Origin: Candidatus Spechtbacterales bacterium
GTDB lineage: Bacteria; Patescibacteriota; Minisyncoccia; Spechtbacterales; 2-12-FULL-38-22
Assembly: GCA_033721415.1 (NCBI GenBank)
Contig: JAWWAH010000001.1
Span: 1-40,242, forward strand
Length of the DNA stretch: 40,242 nucleotides
Reading direction: 5' to 3'
The notes beneath the pieces are model-generated. The model searched no databases. It was given only the letters and a program-made list of their open reading frames with translations, and was not told the origin of the DNA. Every line of letters begins with the position of its first letter. Within the stretch, counting starts at the first letter, position 1. Both the position numbers and the translations under genes were made by a program. Positions 1 to 8,312 of the stretch are shown here, one piece after another.

Positions 1-2
1 CT

Positions 3-347
3 GCTATTGAAAAAACCCTTTCAAAACATGAGTCAGGAACAGATGTGTTTGAGGAAGCAGGTAAGACAGTGTTTGGTAATTGGCTTTATATCCCTGCACA
101 GGATAGAAAAATCGCGAAGATCACGTATAAATTACCTTATAATATCTCATCTAATATTTCTTCATATAATCTAAAAATACAAAAACAAAGTGGTTTAACT
201 GCTAACTATTCAGGTTCAATAGAGGAGCTTAATGATAATCTTTCTTTTGATAGTTGTAAGTTTAATGATAACGAAAGATTTACACGTGATTTTAGGTTTA
301 CACAAGATAGCGATAGGAAGATCACATGCAGAATTAGCAATTTATGA
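3..347 (+). CDS. 3' end of a gene entering from upstream of the window; hypothetical protein (weak resemblance to DUF4012-type C-termini)
   Basis: This frame is open from base 3 with no stop before 345-347, so the listed 45..347 ORF is only the tail. The stop overlaps the murJ start (ATGA at 344-347). Family guess rests only on the YKLP...IQKQSG pattern. Confidence 0.5.
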   Translation, partial: AIEKTLSKHESGTDVFEEAGKTVFGNWLYIPAQDRKIAKITYKLPYNISSNISSYNLKIQKQSGLTANYSGSIEELNDNLSFDSCKFNDNERFTRDFRFTQDSDRKITCRISNL

Positions 348-2053
348 TAGGGAAAATTTTAAACAAAACAACAACCTCGATTTCTGCAGCAGCATTTATC
401 CTTGGTGGCTCTGTTTTAGTGAGCCGTGTTTTAGGTTTATTAAGAGATAGAATACTAGCTGGAATGTTTGGTGCAGGTACAGAGCTTGATGTTTACTTTT
501 CAGCATTTAGAATTCCAGACCTCATTTATAGCATAATCATAGGGGGTGCTATCTCTTCAGCTTTTATACCTGTTTTTATTTCTCATTTTACAAAAAATGA
601 AAAAGAAGCCTGGAAAGTAGCTGGGTCATTTTTTTATATAGCTGCAATAGGATTATTTGGAATAACCTCGATTGTCTTTTTTGCTATGCCATTGATTGTG
701 CCTCTAGTTGTGCCGGGGTTTGATACAGAAAACCAAGCCATCACCATTACAATGAGTCGGATAATGCTTCTGAGCCCGCTTTTTCTTGGCTTGAGTGCTG
801 TTTTTTCAGGCATACTGCATTCATTTAAGAAGTTTTTTGTTTATTCACTTGCTCCAATTTTTTACAATATAGGTATCATTATTGGAGCAGTATACTTTAC
901 ACCGAAGTTTGGTGTTGAGGGTCTTGCTTGGGGTGTTGCGCTTGGTGCTTTTTTACATATGGCAGTTCAAGCCCCTGTTAGCTTTAGATCAGGATTTCAC
1001 CTTGTATCCATTAAAGATATTTATCATCCAGCAATAAATAGAATACTGAAGTTAATGGCCCCAAGAGCTGTAGGACTTGCTGCTTACCAGGTTAATCTAT
1101 GGGTTATAACAGCCATAGCCTCAACACTTGCTGCAGGGTCTCTAACAGTTTTTACATTAGCTAATAACATACATTACTTACCAATTGGTATAGTGGGGCT
1201 TTCTTTCGCTACAGCCTTGTTTCCAAATCTTTCTCATTCTATATCAGAGGGAAGGTATAAGGAGTATATAGGAGAACTTTCAAGAACCTTAAGAAGCGTT
1301 TTATTTTTAGTTATGCCGATGAGTATACTTTTCTTTGTTTTGCGCGCACATATAGTTCGAGTTGTTCTTGGCACGGGGCAGTTTAGTTGGGAAGACACAA
1401 GGCTTACTGCTGCAGCGCTTGGAGCATTTAGTATAGGAATTTTCGCATATGCTCTTTCGCCAATAATATCAAAAGCTTTTTATGCAAAAGAAAACACAAT
1501 AACACCCGTTATTGCCAGCACCATAGGAATGGTAACCAACGTATTTTTAAGTGTTTTGTTGATCTTTGTTGTATTTCCCAGAGACGGTATTTTGCGAATG
1601 CTTGCCAGATTATTTAAGATAGAGAATCTACCCGATGTTGCGGTTATAGGTCTTCCTGTTGCGTTTTCAATTAGCGGGATAGTATCTATGTTGCTTCTTT
1701 TTTGGTTCTTCTTTAAAGAGGATGAAAGAAATAAGATGCTAGTAAGCGATATGTTGCGGGGGTTTGTTCGAGTATCTGTAGCTAGTCTTGCTGCGGGCGT
1801 TGTGGGATGGTCTACCTTACAAATATTCGCCTATTTCTTGGGTCCGATAGATACATTTATATTAATATTTACACAAGCTGGATTTGCAACTCTTATGGCT
1901 TTTGCAATCTACTTTATTATCGGCTATACCTTGCATTTTGAGGAATTTAGGGTCATTATTTCTATGATAAGAGCAAAGCTAAATAAAGAAGGCATCGAGG
2001 AACAGGCACCCCTTGAGAGGGTTGAGAGCCATGCCGTGGAAGAAGAAATATAG
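344..2053 (+). CDS. murJ: Lipid II flippase MurJ (MviN family)
   Basis: 569 aa polytopic membrane protein. N-terminus SRVLGLLRDRILAGMFGAGTELDVYFSAFRIPD is the classic MurJ/MviN signature. Start overlaps the upstream stop. Confidence 0.9.
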   Translation: MIGKILNKTTTSISAAAFILGGSVLVSRVLGLLRDRILAGMFGAGTELDVYFSAFRIPDLIYSIIIGGAISSAFIPVFISHFTKNEKEAWKVAGSFFYIAAIGLFGITSIVFFAMPLIVPLVVPGFDTENQAITITMSRIMLLSPLFLGLSAVFSGILHSFKKFFVYSLAPIFYNIGIIIGAVYFTPKFGVEGLAWGVALGAFLHMAVQAPVSFRSGFHLVSIKDIYHPAINRILKLMAPRAVGLAAYQVNLWVITAIASTLAAGSLTVFTLANNIHYLPIGIVGLSFATALFPNLSHSISEGRYKEYIGELSRTLRSVLFLVMPMSILFFVLRAHIVRVVLGTGQFSWEDTRLTAAALGAFSIGIFAYALSPIISKAFYAKENTITPVIASTIGMVTNVFLSVLLIFVVFPRDGILRMLARLFKIENLPDVAVIGLPVAFSISGIVSMLLLFWFFFKEDERNKMLVSDMLRGFVRVSVASLAAGVVGWSTLQIFAYFLGPIDTFILIFTQAGFATLMAFAIYFIIGYTLHFEEFRVIISMIRAKLNKEGIEEQAPLERVESHAVEEEI

Positions 2054-2058
2054 CAATT

Positions 2059-3855
2059 ATGAAATCTATAAGAAACTTTGTAATCATCGCACATATAGAT
2101 CATGGTAAGTCCACACTAGCGGACCGCTTTTTAGAGTTGACCCACAGTATAGAAAAGAGAAAAATGCAGGAACAATATTTGGATCAGATGGATCTTGAAC
2201 GCGAAAGAGGAATAACTATAAAGATGCAACCGGTTACAATGCGTTATGAAGACGGAGGAGAGGATTACACATTAAATCTAATAGATACCCCAGGACACGT
2301 TGATTTTTCTTATGAAGTATCTCGTTCACTTGCTGCGGTAGAGGGAGCTATACTTCTTGTTGATGCAACAAATGGGATACAGGCGCAAACAGTAGCTCAT
2401 CTCTCTGTTGCTATAGAACAAGGATTGAAGATAATTCCCGCTATAAATAAAATAGACTTACCCCAAGCACAGGTAAAAGAGGTAGAAGAAGAGATTTTGA
2501 GCTTACTAATATCAATGGATTGTGATGTCAATGAGATATATAAAATATCGGCAAAAACAGGAGAGGGCATAGAAGACTTGCTTCAGGGAGTTATAAAAGA
2601 AGTTCCTAAACCAGAACACAAGCCCGATGAACCATTGCGAGCATTAATCTTTGATTCTATTTATGATGATTTCCGTGGGGTTATATCTTACGCTAGGATT
2701 AAAGAAGGAAAAATCAAAGGAACTGATAAAATATATTTTATGGGTTCCAAAGAAAAATCTGAAGCCAAAGAGGTGGGTATTTTTACTCCACAATACAAAA
2801 AGAAAGAAGTTTTGGAATCGGGCGATATCGGATATATTGTAAGTGGGACAAAAGAGATTGAGACTGCGGGTATAGGGGACACAATAACATTTCAGGAAGA
2901 GAAGCGGCGTGCCGAATCTCCAATACCAGGATATAGACAACCACAAGCTGTTGTATTTTCTACCATATTTCCAACGTCCGATAGCAATTATGATGATCTT
3001 AGGGATGCCTTCGATAAATTAAAACTCAATGATGCTTCTTTATATTTTGAGCCCGAACATTCTGCTGTCTTAGGGCGAGGATTAAAAGCGGGATTCTTGG
3101 GCATGTTGCACATGGAAATAATTCTAGAACGTTTAGAGAGAGAGCATGATCTTGAGCTAATAGTTACAGCACCGTCTGTCGCATATGATGTTAAGCTTAC
3201 TTCTGGTGAATCTGAAACTGTTTTCACCCCCTCGCAATATCCTGATCCCTCAACAATAGAGGAGGTTAAGGAGCCATGGGTGCATCTTAAAATAATAGTA
3301 TCACCAGATTATATGAATAACGTTATGAGTCTGCTTAAAACTATTAGAGGCGAATATAAAGATACAGAATATATAGGAACAGGACGTTTGCGTATTAATT
3401 ATGAAACTCCTTTGGCAGAAATAATCTCTGATTTTTACGATAATCTAAAAAACGTAACTTCTGGATTTGGGTCGATGGCATATGAGTTTATAGATAAAAG
3501 AGAAGTTGATCTTGTAAAATTGGACATCTTGTTAGCCGGTGATGAGGTACCAGCTTTAGCACGGCTTGTTCCCAAGGATGAGGCTGACAAGAGCGGTAGA
3601 AAATTAGTGGAAAAAATAAAAAAAGTTCTTCCACCAGAGCAATTTGCTGTAGCGATACAAGCAGCAATAGGGGGTAAGATAATTGCAAGAGAAACAAAAA
3701 GCGCCTTAAGAAAAGACGTTACCGCAGGAATGTATGGCGGAGATTATACTAGAAAACGAAAACTGCTTGAAAAGCAGAAAAAAGGAAAGAAAAGAATGAA
3801 AAAGGAAGGGAGTGTAGATTTGGACACAGATACAATGATGAAAATATTTCAATAA
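2059..3855 (+). CDS. lepA: Translation elongation factor 4 (LepA)
   Basis: 598 aa. GTPase motifs AHIDHGKST, DTPGH and NKID, with a LepA-type C-terminus (GGDYTRKRKLLEKQKKGKKRMK). Confidence 0.95.
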   Translation: MKSIRNFVIIAHIDHGKSTLADRFLELTHSIEKRKMQEQYLDQMDLERERGITIKMQPVTMRYEDGGEDYTLNLIDTPGHVDFSYEVSRSLAAVEGAILLVDATNGIQAQTVAHLSVAIEQGLKIIPAINKIDLPQAQVKEVEEEILSLLISMDCDVNEIYKISAKTGEGIEDLLQGVIKEVPKPEHKPDEPLRALIFDSIYDDFRGVISYARIKEGKIKGTDKIYFMGSKEKSEAKEVGIFTPQYKKKEVLESGDIGYIVSGTKEIETAGIGDTITFQEEKRRAESPIPGYRQPQAVVFSTIFPTSDSNYDDLRDAFDKLKLNDASLYFEPEHSAVLGRGLKAGFLGMLHMEIILERLEREHDLELIVTAPSVAYDVKLTSGESETVFTPSQYPDPSTIEEVKEPWVHLKIIVSPDYMNNVMSLLKTIRGEYKDTEYIGTGRLRINYETPLAEIISDFYDNLKNVTSGFGSMAYEFIDKREVDLVKLDILLAGDEVPALARLVPKDEADKSGRKLVEKIKKVLPPEQFAVAIQAAIGGKIIARETKSALRKDVTAGMYGGDYTRKRKLLEKQKKGKKRMKKEGSVDLDTDTMMKIFQ

Positions 3856-3864
3856 ATATATCTA

Positions 3865-3896
3865 ATCTAAAAACCGCCAACTGGCGGTTTTTAGAT
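3865..3896. terminator. Bidirectional intrinsic terminator between convergent lepA and the FtsB-like gene
   Basis: Perfect 32-nt palindrome atctaaaaaccgcca-ac-tggcggtttttagat. GC core CCGCCA/TGGCGG is flanked by A and T runs. Confidence 0.7.
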
Positions 3897-4264
3897 TATT
3901 TGAATATGTTCACTATCTTTTGCCAAAAAGATAAATCCTCTTTTTGAGGCGTTTTCTCCTCTGTTACTTCTTCAATAGTTTCTTCATCAGGAGGTAAGAT
4001 TACAACAACATGCTCATCTTCTTTTTTGAGGTTAAGTCTTTGCCTGGCCTCCCTGTCTATAGTTTCAGGATTCTTGAAAGATTCTATTTGGGCTTTTAAT
4101 TTACTATTTTCCTCTTCGATTCTGGTTAATTCTTCGTCTAGTGCATTAATATCTCCATACAGTTCATTGTGCTTTTGGGTTTTAGTCACTATCCCAAAAC
4201 CCAAAACCCCAATAAATCCTATTAGTATTGCAGGCAATATATATGCTGAAAAAATATTACGCAT
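3896..4264 (-). CDS. Septum formation initiator family protein (FtsB/DivIC-like)
   Basis: 122 aa. N-terminal TM helix, then a coiled coil (LDEELTRIEEENSKLKAQIESFK) and the ETIDREARQRLNLKKEDEHVVVI motif typical of FtsB/DivIC. Confidence 0.7.
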   Translation of the reverse strand: MRNIFSAYILPAILIGFIGVLGFGIVTKTQKHNELYGDINALDEELTRIEEENSKLKAQIESFKNPETIDREARQRLNLKKEDEHVVVILPPDEETIEEVTEEKTPQKEDLSFWQKIVNIFK

Positions 4265-4324
4265 TGAAATCTAGTATTTAAAAGTCTATAATGTAAAAAG
4301 AGAAATTAATATAATTCTTTAATC

Positions 4325-4435
4325 ATGTTAACTCCCAAAAAGAAGAAAAAGCTTCAGAAAGCAGGACAAATAGTTGTTATAACTTTTGCAGCTCTTAGCT
4401 TGATATTTACTTTAATTTTACCATTATTCTCCTAA
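4325..4435 (+). CDS. Possible 36-aa small membrane protein (below ORF-track cutoff)
   Basis: ATG at 4325 and TAA at 4433. Translation MLTPKKKKKLQKAGQIVVITFAALSLIFTLILPLFS has a basic N-terminus plus one TM helix. It is followed by the hairpin at 4471-4496. No clear SD. Confidence 0.25.
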   Translation: MLTPKKKKKLQKAGQIVVITFAALSLIFTLILPLFS

Positions 4436-4470
4436 ACTGATAAATTTTTATTAGTGGAATAGGCAAATAA

Positions 4471-4496
4471 AAAGCTCCGTATTAATACGGAGCTTT
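4471..4496. terminator. Bidirectional hairpin terminator
   Basis: aaagctccgta-ttaa-tacggagcttt, an 11-bp stem, located between the small + ORF and the convergent - gene. Confidence 0.65.
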
Positions 4497-4502
4497 GTCC
4501 TT

Positions 4503-5012
4503 TTATGTGTAATGTGCAAGATTGTAGCCATTTTTTAGGTAGGTTGTGCTATCGAATTTTTCACCGAAAAGATTTCCGATTGAGTATGCGCCTTCGCGAC
4601 ATTCATCGATGTATTGAGGTTGGTTTCGCATTAGTCTCGGGATTCTCATCATATTGGGTATGAATATTGTACAGTTTTCTATATCATAATCCTTGTAAAA
4701 GTGTGTACAAGAGATATTTTTCGGCGTAAAGAACCTTTTTGCAGCTATCAGCATATAGAAATCATCTATAGGTACCGAAAAGCAAATAGCGTTAATTTTT
4801 TTACCGGGATAATTTTCTACCAAAGGTACCGCCTTTGCTCTTCCGAAACCAAGCTTTTTATAATGATCTCCCGGTTCCCAGATAACAAATGTTCTTTTCA
4901 GATTATAGATCCATACAGGAGTAATTCTTTCTGTATTCGGAGCCAGGGATTCTCTAATAGTTTTATTCATCATGCTTCCGTATGCTATAACTTTCTTCAT
5001 GGGACCCTGCAT
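4503..5012 (-). CDS. Hypothetical protein, possibly gamma-glutamylcyclotransferase (GGCT/AIG2)-like fold
   Basis: 169 aa. AGGAGG lies 9 nt upstream of the ATG at 5012. The N-terminal VIAYGSMMN resembles the YGSL motif of GGCT-like proteins. The family call is weak. Confidence 0.5.
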   Translation of the reverse strand: MQGPMKKVIAYGSMMNKTIRESLAPNTERITPVWIYNLKRTFVIWEPGDHYKKLGFGRAKAVPLVENYPGKKINAICFSVPIDDFYMLIAAKRFFTPKNISCTHFYKDYDIENCTIFIPNMMRIPRLMRNQPQYIDECREGAYSIGNLFGEKFDSTTYLKNGYNLAHYT

Positions 5013-5078
5013 CTTTGATCACCTCCTCTGAGTGTTTAAGGAAATTATATTATACTGGCTAATGTTGTCAAATATAAT

Positions 5079-5102
5079 AAAAGCACGGCTTGCCGCGCTT
5101 TT
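5079..5102 (-). terminator. Intrinsic terminator of the GT39 gene
   Basis: Minus-strand RNA reads aaaagcgcgg-caag-ccgtgctttt. The stem is complete with one G-U only on the minus strand (A-C mismatch on plus) and is followed by a U-run. Confidence 0.55.
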
Positions 5103-5125
5103 ATTATGAAGGTGTGTTTTTTTAT

Positions 5126-6874
5126 TTATTCAACTCTGTAAATCCATATATATTCTAAATCAAGCTCTACTCCCTGAGGATAAAAATTCCTAAGTTGGTT
5201 TTTTACTTCTTCTGTAGCGCTTAGTGGCGCAAAAACAGCATTGTCAACCGACAAGGGAAGCTGTTCGGGGTATATGTATGTTGTGTTTTTTATATCAGTA
5301 TTATGCGTTCTTTGTATAAAGAGAGTTGTGTTTGCGGAAATTGGTAATTTATTTTTATCGCCCGGTGCAGGTGCGTCTTCATATGGCAGAGTGTTGTCTG
5401 TGCAATTATCGCATAAAACAACTGCTTCCGGATATGTAACAGGAATTCCGTTATCGTTTATTATTAAATATTTTTGTGCAGAGTCTTCTGTGTTGAAGTA
5501 TTTTCCTATTTCTACAGAATTTTTAGCAAAAGCATCTTTAACCTCATCTTTTCTTCCCCACTCTGCAAAATAATGCGTAAACTGGAAGGAAGATATAAGC
5601 AACAGTATTATAAGAGCAGTACCGAATATAAATGGCCAGACCTCCTCACGATGATGCTTATGAGGAAAGATTAATCTTACTATGTATAAAAATCCTAACC
5701 CTGCGTAAATAAATACAAATGGCATTAACCCTATAGCGCGAAGAGCATGGGGTATTCCTTCTGTGGCAAGCGCTGCAGGGAGCACCATTAAGTTAAGTCC
5801 TCCAAAAAGAGTTAAGTGAACTACAATCGAATTCCAGTTTTTTCTCTTAAATCCTCCACCGATAGCTATAAAAGAATATAATACTCCGAATAAAAACATT
5901 ATAGCCACAGGTAGCATTAATCCAGGATCTTCGGAAAAATTATGTCTCCAGTTGCTATCACCGACAAAGAATAGCATTTGCACATGAGCCCCTAGGTTTT
6001 TCAGAAAGGCTATCATTGGCTCGGCTTTATCAAAAACAGATATTCCAGTTGCCCGCGACATGAAGTGCTCGGGATTTTTATAGAAGTAGCTCAGCATAGG
6101 TGCCATCGTCGCTATCATTACTATAAACATATTGTCTACCTTCCACCAGCCATCTTTTATGTAAGATTTTTCAAAGAAGCTAAGGTTAATTTTTGGCTTA
6201 GTTTCTAAAATATAGCCAATGAAAGCTATGGTAACTATTCCAAACGGTATTATTAGAGCTGCTCTAAAAGCTGTATATGTATAGAATCCAAGACCCCATG
6301 TTATACCAGCAAATACAGATGGCCAGAATTTTTTTGTTCGCAGAGTTTTAAAAGTCCAATACAACCCAAAAGATAATAGAAGTGGCACCATTATTGCTCG
6401 AAAACCTATTCTAGAAAAGTTAACGTGCCAAAAACTAAGAGCAAGGAATCCCGAGGAGAGAAGCGCTGCTGTTTCTATTCCTATCTGAGAGAGTTTAATT
6501 TTTAAATTATGTCCGTTGTCGTTTGTTGCGTATCGCAACATTTCTTTCGTTGCAAGATAAGTTCCAATAATTGTTAATGTACCCATAAGCGCTCCAGGGA
6601 ATTTAAGCGCGTATACACTTATTCCAAATAACTTATAAGACCACGCTATAATCCATATATATAAACCTTCGCGACCATTATTTTCAGGATAAAATAGTTT
6701 ATATTCTCCAGTGAGTAGAGTTTCTATTGCATCGTTAGCATTTTTTGCTTCATCAGGATAGATTCCAGGTGGAATTTCAGATAAATGCCAAAATCGAAAA
6801 AATACACCAAATGCAATTACGAACAAGAGAACCAAATATATCCAGTGATTTTTTAGAAATTTTATCATATGCAT
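5126..6874 (-). CDS. Glycosyltransferase family 39 (ArnT/PMT-like) membrane protein
   Basis: 582 aa with more than 10 TM helices. N-terminal IPPGIYPDEAKNANDA loop is typical of the GT-C/GT39 family. C-terminal soluble domain. Confidence 0.8.
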   Translation of the reverse strand: MHMIKFLKNHWIYLVLLFVIAFGVFFRFWHLSEIPPGIYPDEAKNANDAIETLLTGEYKLFYPENNGREGLYIWIIAWSYKLFGISVYALKFPGALMGTLTIIGTYLATKEMLRYATNDNGHNLKIKLSQIGIETAALLSSGFLALSFWHVNFSRIGFRAIMVPLLLSFGLYWTFKTLRTKKFWPSVFAGITWGLGFYTYTAFRAALIIPFGIVTIAFIGYILETKPKINLSFFEKSYIKDGWWKVDNMFIVMIATMAPMLSYFYKNPEHFMSRATGISVFDKAEPMIAFLKNLGAHVQMLFFVGDSNWRHNFSEDPGLMLPVAIMFLFGVLYSFIAIGGGFKRKNWNSIVVHLTLFGGLNLMVLPAALATEGIPHALRAIGLMPFVFIYAGLGFLYIVRLIFPHKHHREEVWPFIFGTALIILLLISSFQFTHYFAEWGRKDEVKDAFAKNSVEIGKYFNTEDSAQKYLIINDNGIPVTYPEAVVLCDNCTDNTLPYEDAPAPGDKNKLPISANTTLFIQRTHNTDIKNTTYIYPEQLPLSVDNAVFAPLSATEEVKNQLRNFYPQGVELDLEYIWIYRVE

Positions 6875-6962
6875 TTATTATAGCACCTCAAAGCTTCAAT
6901 AATTGAAAATTTTTACACAATTTGATATCTTATGTATAGCTCTTAACAACAAGGAGAATCAA

Positions 6963-7469
6963 GTGAAAAAGAAACTAGAAACTCCAAAAGCAATTAAAGA
7001 AGCATTCCAAAAGCTAGATGATTTAAATACTTCTCCTAAGGAGTATAGTATAAACACCAATTTTGGGTACTGCTGTGTCTGTAGAGATGCTACTGAATAT
7101 CACCTTGAAATAGGACACATAAGAACACCAACAGTTGTTACCTGTTTTGGTTGCAAGCGTTCTTTTAAAGAATCCACCCTACTTAGAAGTATAAGAGTTA
7201 TGTACACCACTAGAATGGGTACAACTTCTGCAGAGTATGTTATAGATACTCGGAATCCACATGTAATTAGAATGATTCCCCAAGAAGCACAAGACAAACT
7301 CAAGGAGATACTCTCTCGTAAAGGTCAGCGTAAATTGCTTTCAGAGCTCTTAGCAAGAAAGCATATGGATGCAAAAAACGAAACTGAAAATTTATGTAAT
7401 CAGCTTGCTGAAGCTGAGGCTCTGCTTCTGGAATTAGAGACACTGCATACCGAATTCGTTATCAATTGA
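6963..7469 (+). CDS. Hypothetical zinc-ribbon protein with C-terminal coiled coil
   Basis: AAGGAG lies 6 nt before the GTG at 6963; the TTG start at 6903 in the track lacks an RBS. It carries CCVC...22 aa...CFGC (CxxC-N-CxxC) and a heptad-like C-terminus (LCNQLAEAEALLLELETL). Confidence 0.6.
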   Translation: MKKKLETPKAIKEAFQKLDDLNTSPKEYSINTNFGYCCVCRDATEYHLEIGHIRTPTVVTCFGCKRSFKESTLLRSIRVMYTTRMGTTSAEYVIDTRNPHVIRMIPQEAQDKLKEILSRKGQRKLLSELLARKHMDAKNETENLCNQLAEAEALLLELETLHTEFVIN

Positions 7470-7507
7470 AAATTAGAGTGTAGTAAATATTTTGAGTAGT
7501 ACATTAC

Positions 7508-7532
7508 AAAAAACCGCCATTTGGCGGTTTTT
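7508..7532. terminator. Bidirectional terminator (CCGCCA/TGGCGG hairpin)
   Basis: aaaaaaccgcca-tt-tggcggttttt, between the zinc-ribbon gene (+) and the 3' end of tRNA-Thr (-). Confidence 0.7.
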
Positions 7533-7535
7533 GCT

Positions 7536-7612
7536 TGGAGCCACCTCCGAGATTCGAACTCGGGACCTACGCGTTACGAGTGCGTCGCTCTAGCCAACTG
7601 AGCTAAGGTGGC
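7536..7612 (-). tRNA. tRNA-Thr (anticodon CGU), CCA encoded
   Basis: Reverse complement is GCCACCT-TA-GCTC-AGTTGGCTA-GAGC-G-ACGCA-CTCGTAA-CGCGT-AGGTC-CCGAG-TTCGAAT-CTCGG-AGGTGGC-T-CCA. This is a full cloverleaf, with one A-C mismatch at the base of the anticodon stem. Confidence 0.9.
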
Positions 7613-7641
7613 ATTTATAGCTGATTATTAATCACTTTTTT

Positions 7642-7715
7642 GGATTACAGAAGAGCGCCACTCTAGCCCCAGTCGGAGGCTGGTCCGCCTCGGGCGGAAA
7701 CTGAGCTAAGGTGGC
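7642..7715 (-). pseudogene. tRNA 5'-half-like fragment with a 30-nt GC-rich insertion in the D-loop; no T-arm or 3' acceptor strand
   Basis: Reverse complement is GCCACCT-TA-GCTC-AGTT[TCCGCCCGAGGCGGACCAGCCTCCGACTGG]GGCTA-GAGT-G-GCGCT-CTTCTGTAATCC. Bases 7699-7718 and 7661-7668 are identical to 7596-7615 and 7588-7595 of tRNA-Thr. There is no complementary anticodon-stem strand downstream. Confidence 0.5.
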
Positions 7716-7758
7716 ATTATATTAAAAATATAGCATAGTTATACCTCTGGATAAATAG

Positions 7759-7786
7759 TTGACACAAACTTGCTCGATGATACTAT
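7759..7786 (+). promoter_or_regulatory. Sigma-70-like promoter for the 7826 gene
   Basis: TTGACA (7759-7764), a 16-nt spacer ending in TGa, then TACTAT (7781-7786). GGAGGG RBS and the ATG at 7826 lie downstream. Confidence 0.4.
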
Positions 7787-7825
7787 GAACACAAGTTCTT
7801 TTACCTACACAGGAGGGGGTGTAAA

Positions 7826-8206
7826 ATGGTAGACAACCAGGCAAAAGATAGTTTGTGGGATATAGATAAGCGCGAATATCACATGAATGGAAACTGGCAC
7901 AACGAATATTCAGGAGACCATATTTTAGTAACAGAATATCCCGATGTTCATAATCTACCACTGGAAGATGTTTTAGACAATCTTAGAGCTCGATCCGCCC
8001 ACTTAACAGAGCCAAAAGTGTTTCTGTGGACAGACGCCGATGGAAAAGCTAGTCTCCACATAAAAGGCTGGCGCCCAATGACAGAAAAAGAGCAGGATCA
8101 CCGAGAAGAACTTAGAAAGATAAAGCAAATGAAGCTGGAAGAGAGAATGCAGCGGCAGGAAGAACAAGAACGCGCTCAGCGTGAGCGTATGGGTGGTAGA
8201 TCTTAA
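7826..8206 (+). CDS. Hypothetical protein (orphan), charged coiled C-terminus
   Basis: 126 aa. GGAGGG RBS upstream, own promoter and terminator. No recognisable motif. GC looks higher than its neighbours. Confidence 0.6.
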   Translation: MVDNQAKDSLWDIDKREYHMNGNWHNEYSGDHILVTEYPDVHNLPLEDVLDNLRARSAHLTEPKVFLWTDADGKASLHIKGWRPMTEKEQDHREELRKIKQMKLEERMQRQEEQERAQRERMGGRS

Positions 8207-8215
8207 TAGATCTTT

Positions 8216-8243
8216 AAAAAGGAGCCGTACGGCTCCTTTTTTT
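8216..8243 (+). terminator. Intrinsic terminator
   Basis: aaaaaggagccg-ta-cggctcc followed by T8. Confidence 0.75.
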
Positions 8244-8312
8244 GTACCTGGATTATTTTCGATATTTGGGATATAATTATACAGAAGCATGTGTGTTTGC
8301 TTTAGTAAATTT

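Noticed and set aside
232-450. 72-aa ORF overlapping the murJ start in another frame
   Set aside because: It overlaps two better-supported genes and has no motif or RBS.
6903-6962. N-terminal extensions given by the ORF track (6903, 13626, 20906, 22295, 23911, 31876)
   Set aside because: In each case a downstream ATG or GTG is preceded by a clear AGGAGG-type RBS and/or begins the conserved domain (e.g. MKKIIIIGAGTAG). The upstream TTG/GTG/ATG starts lack an RBS or overlap promoter-like sequence.
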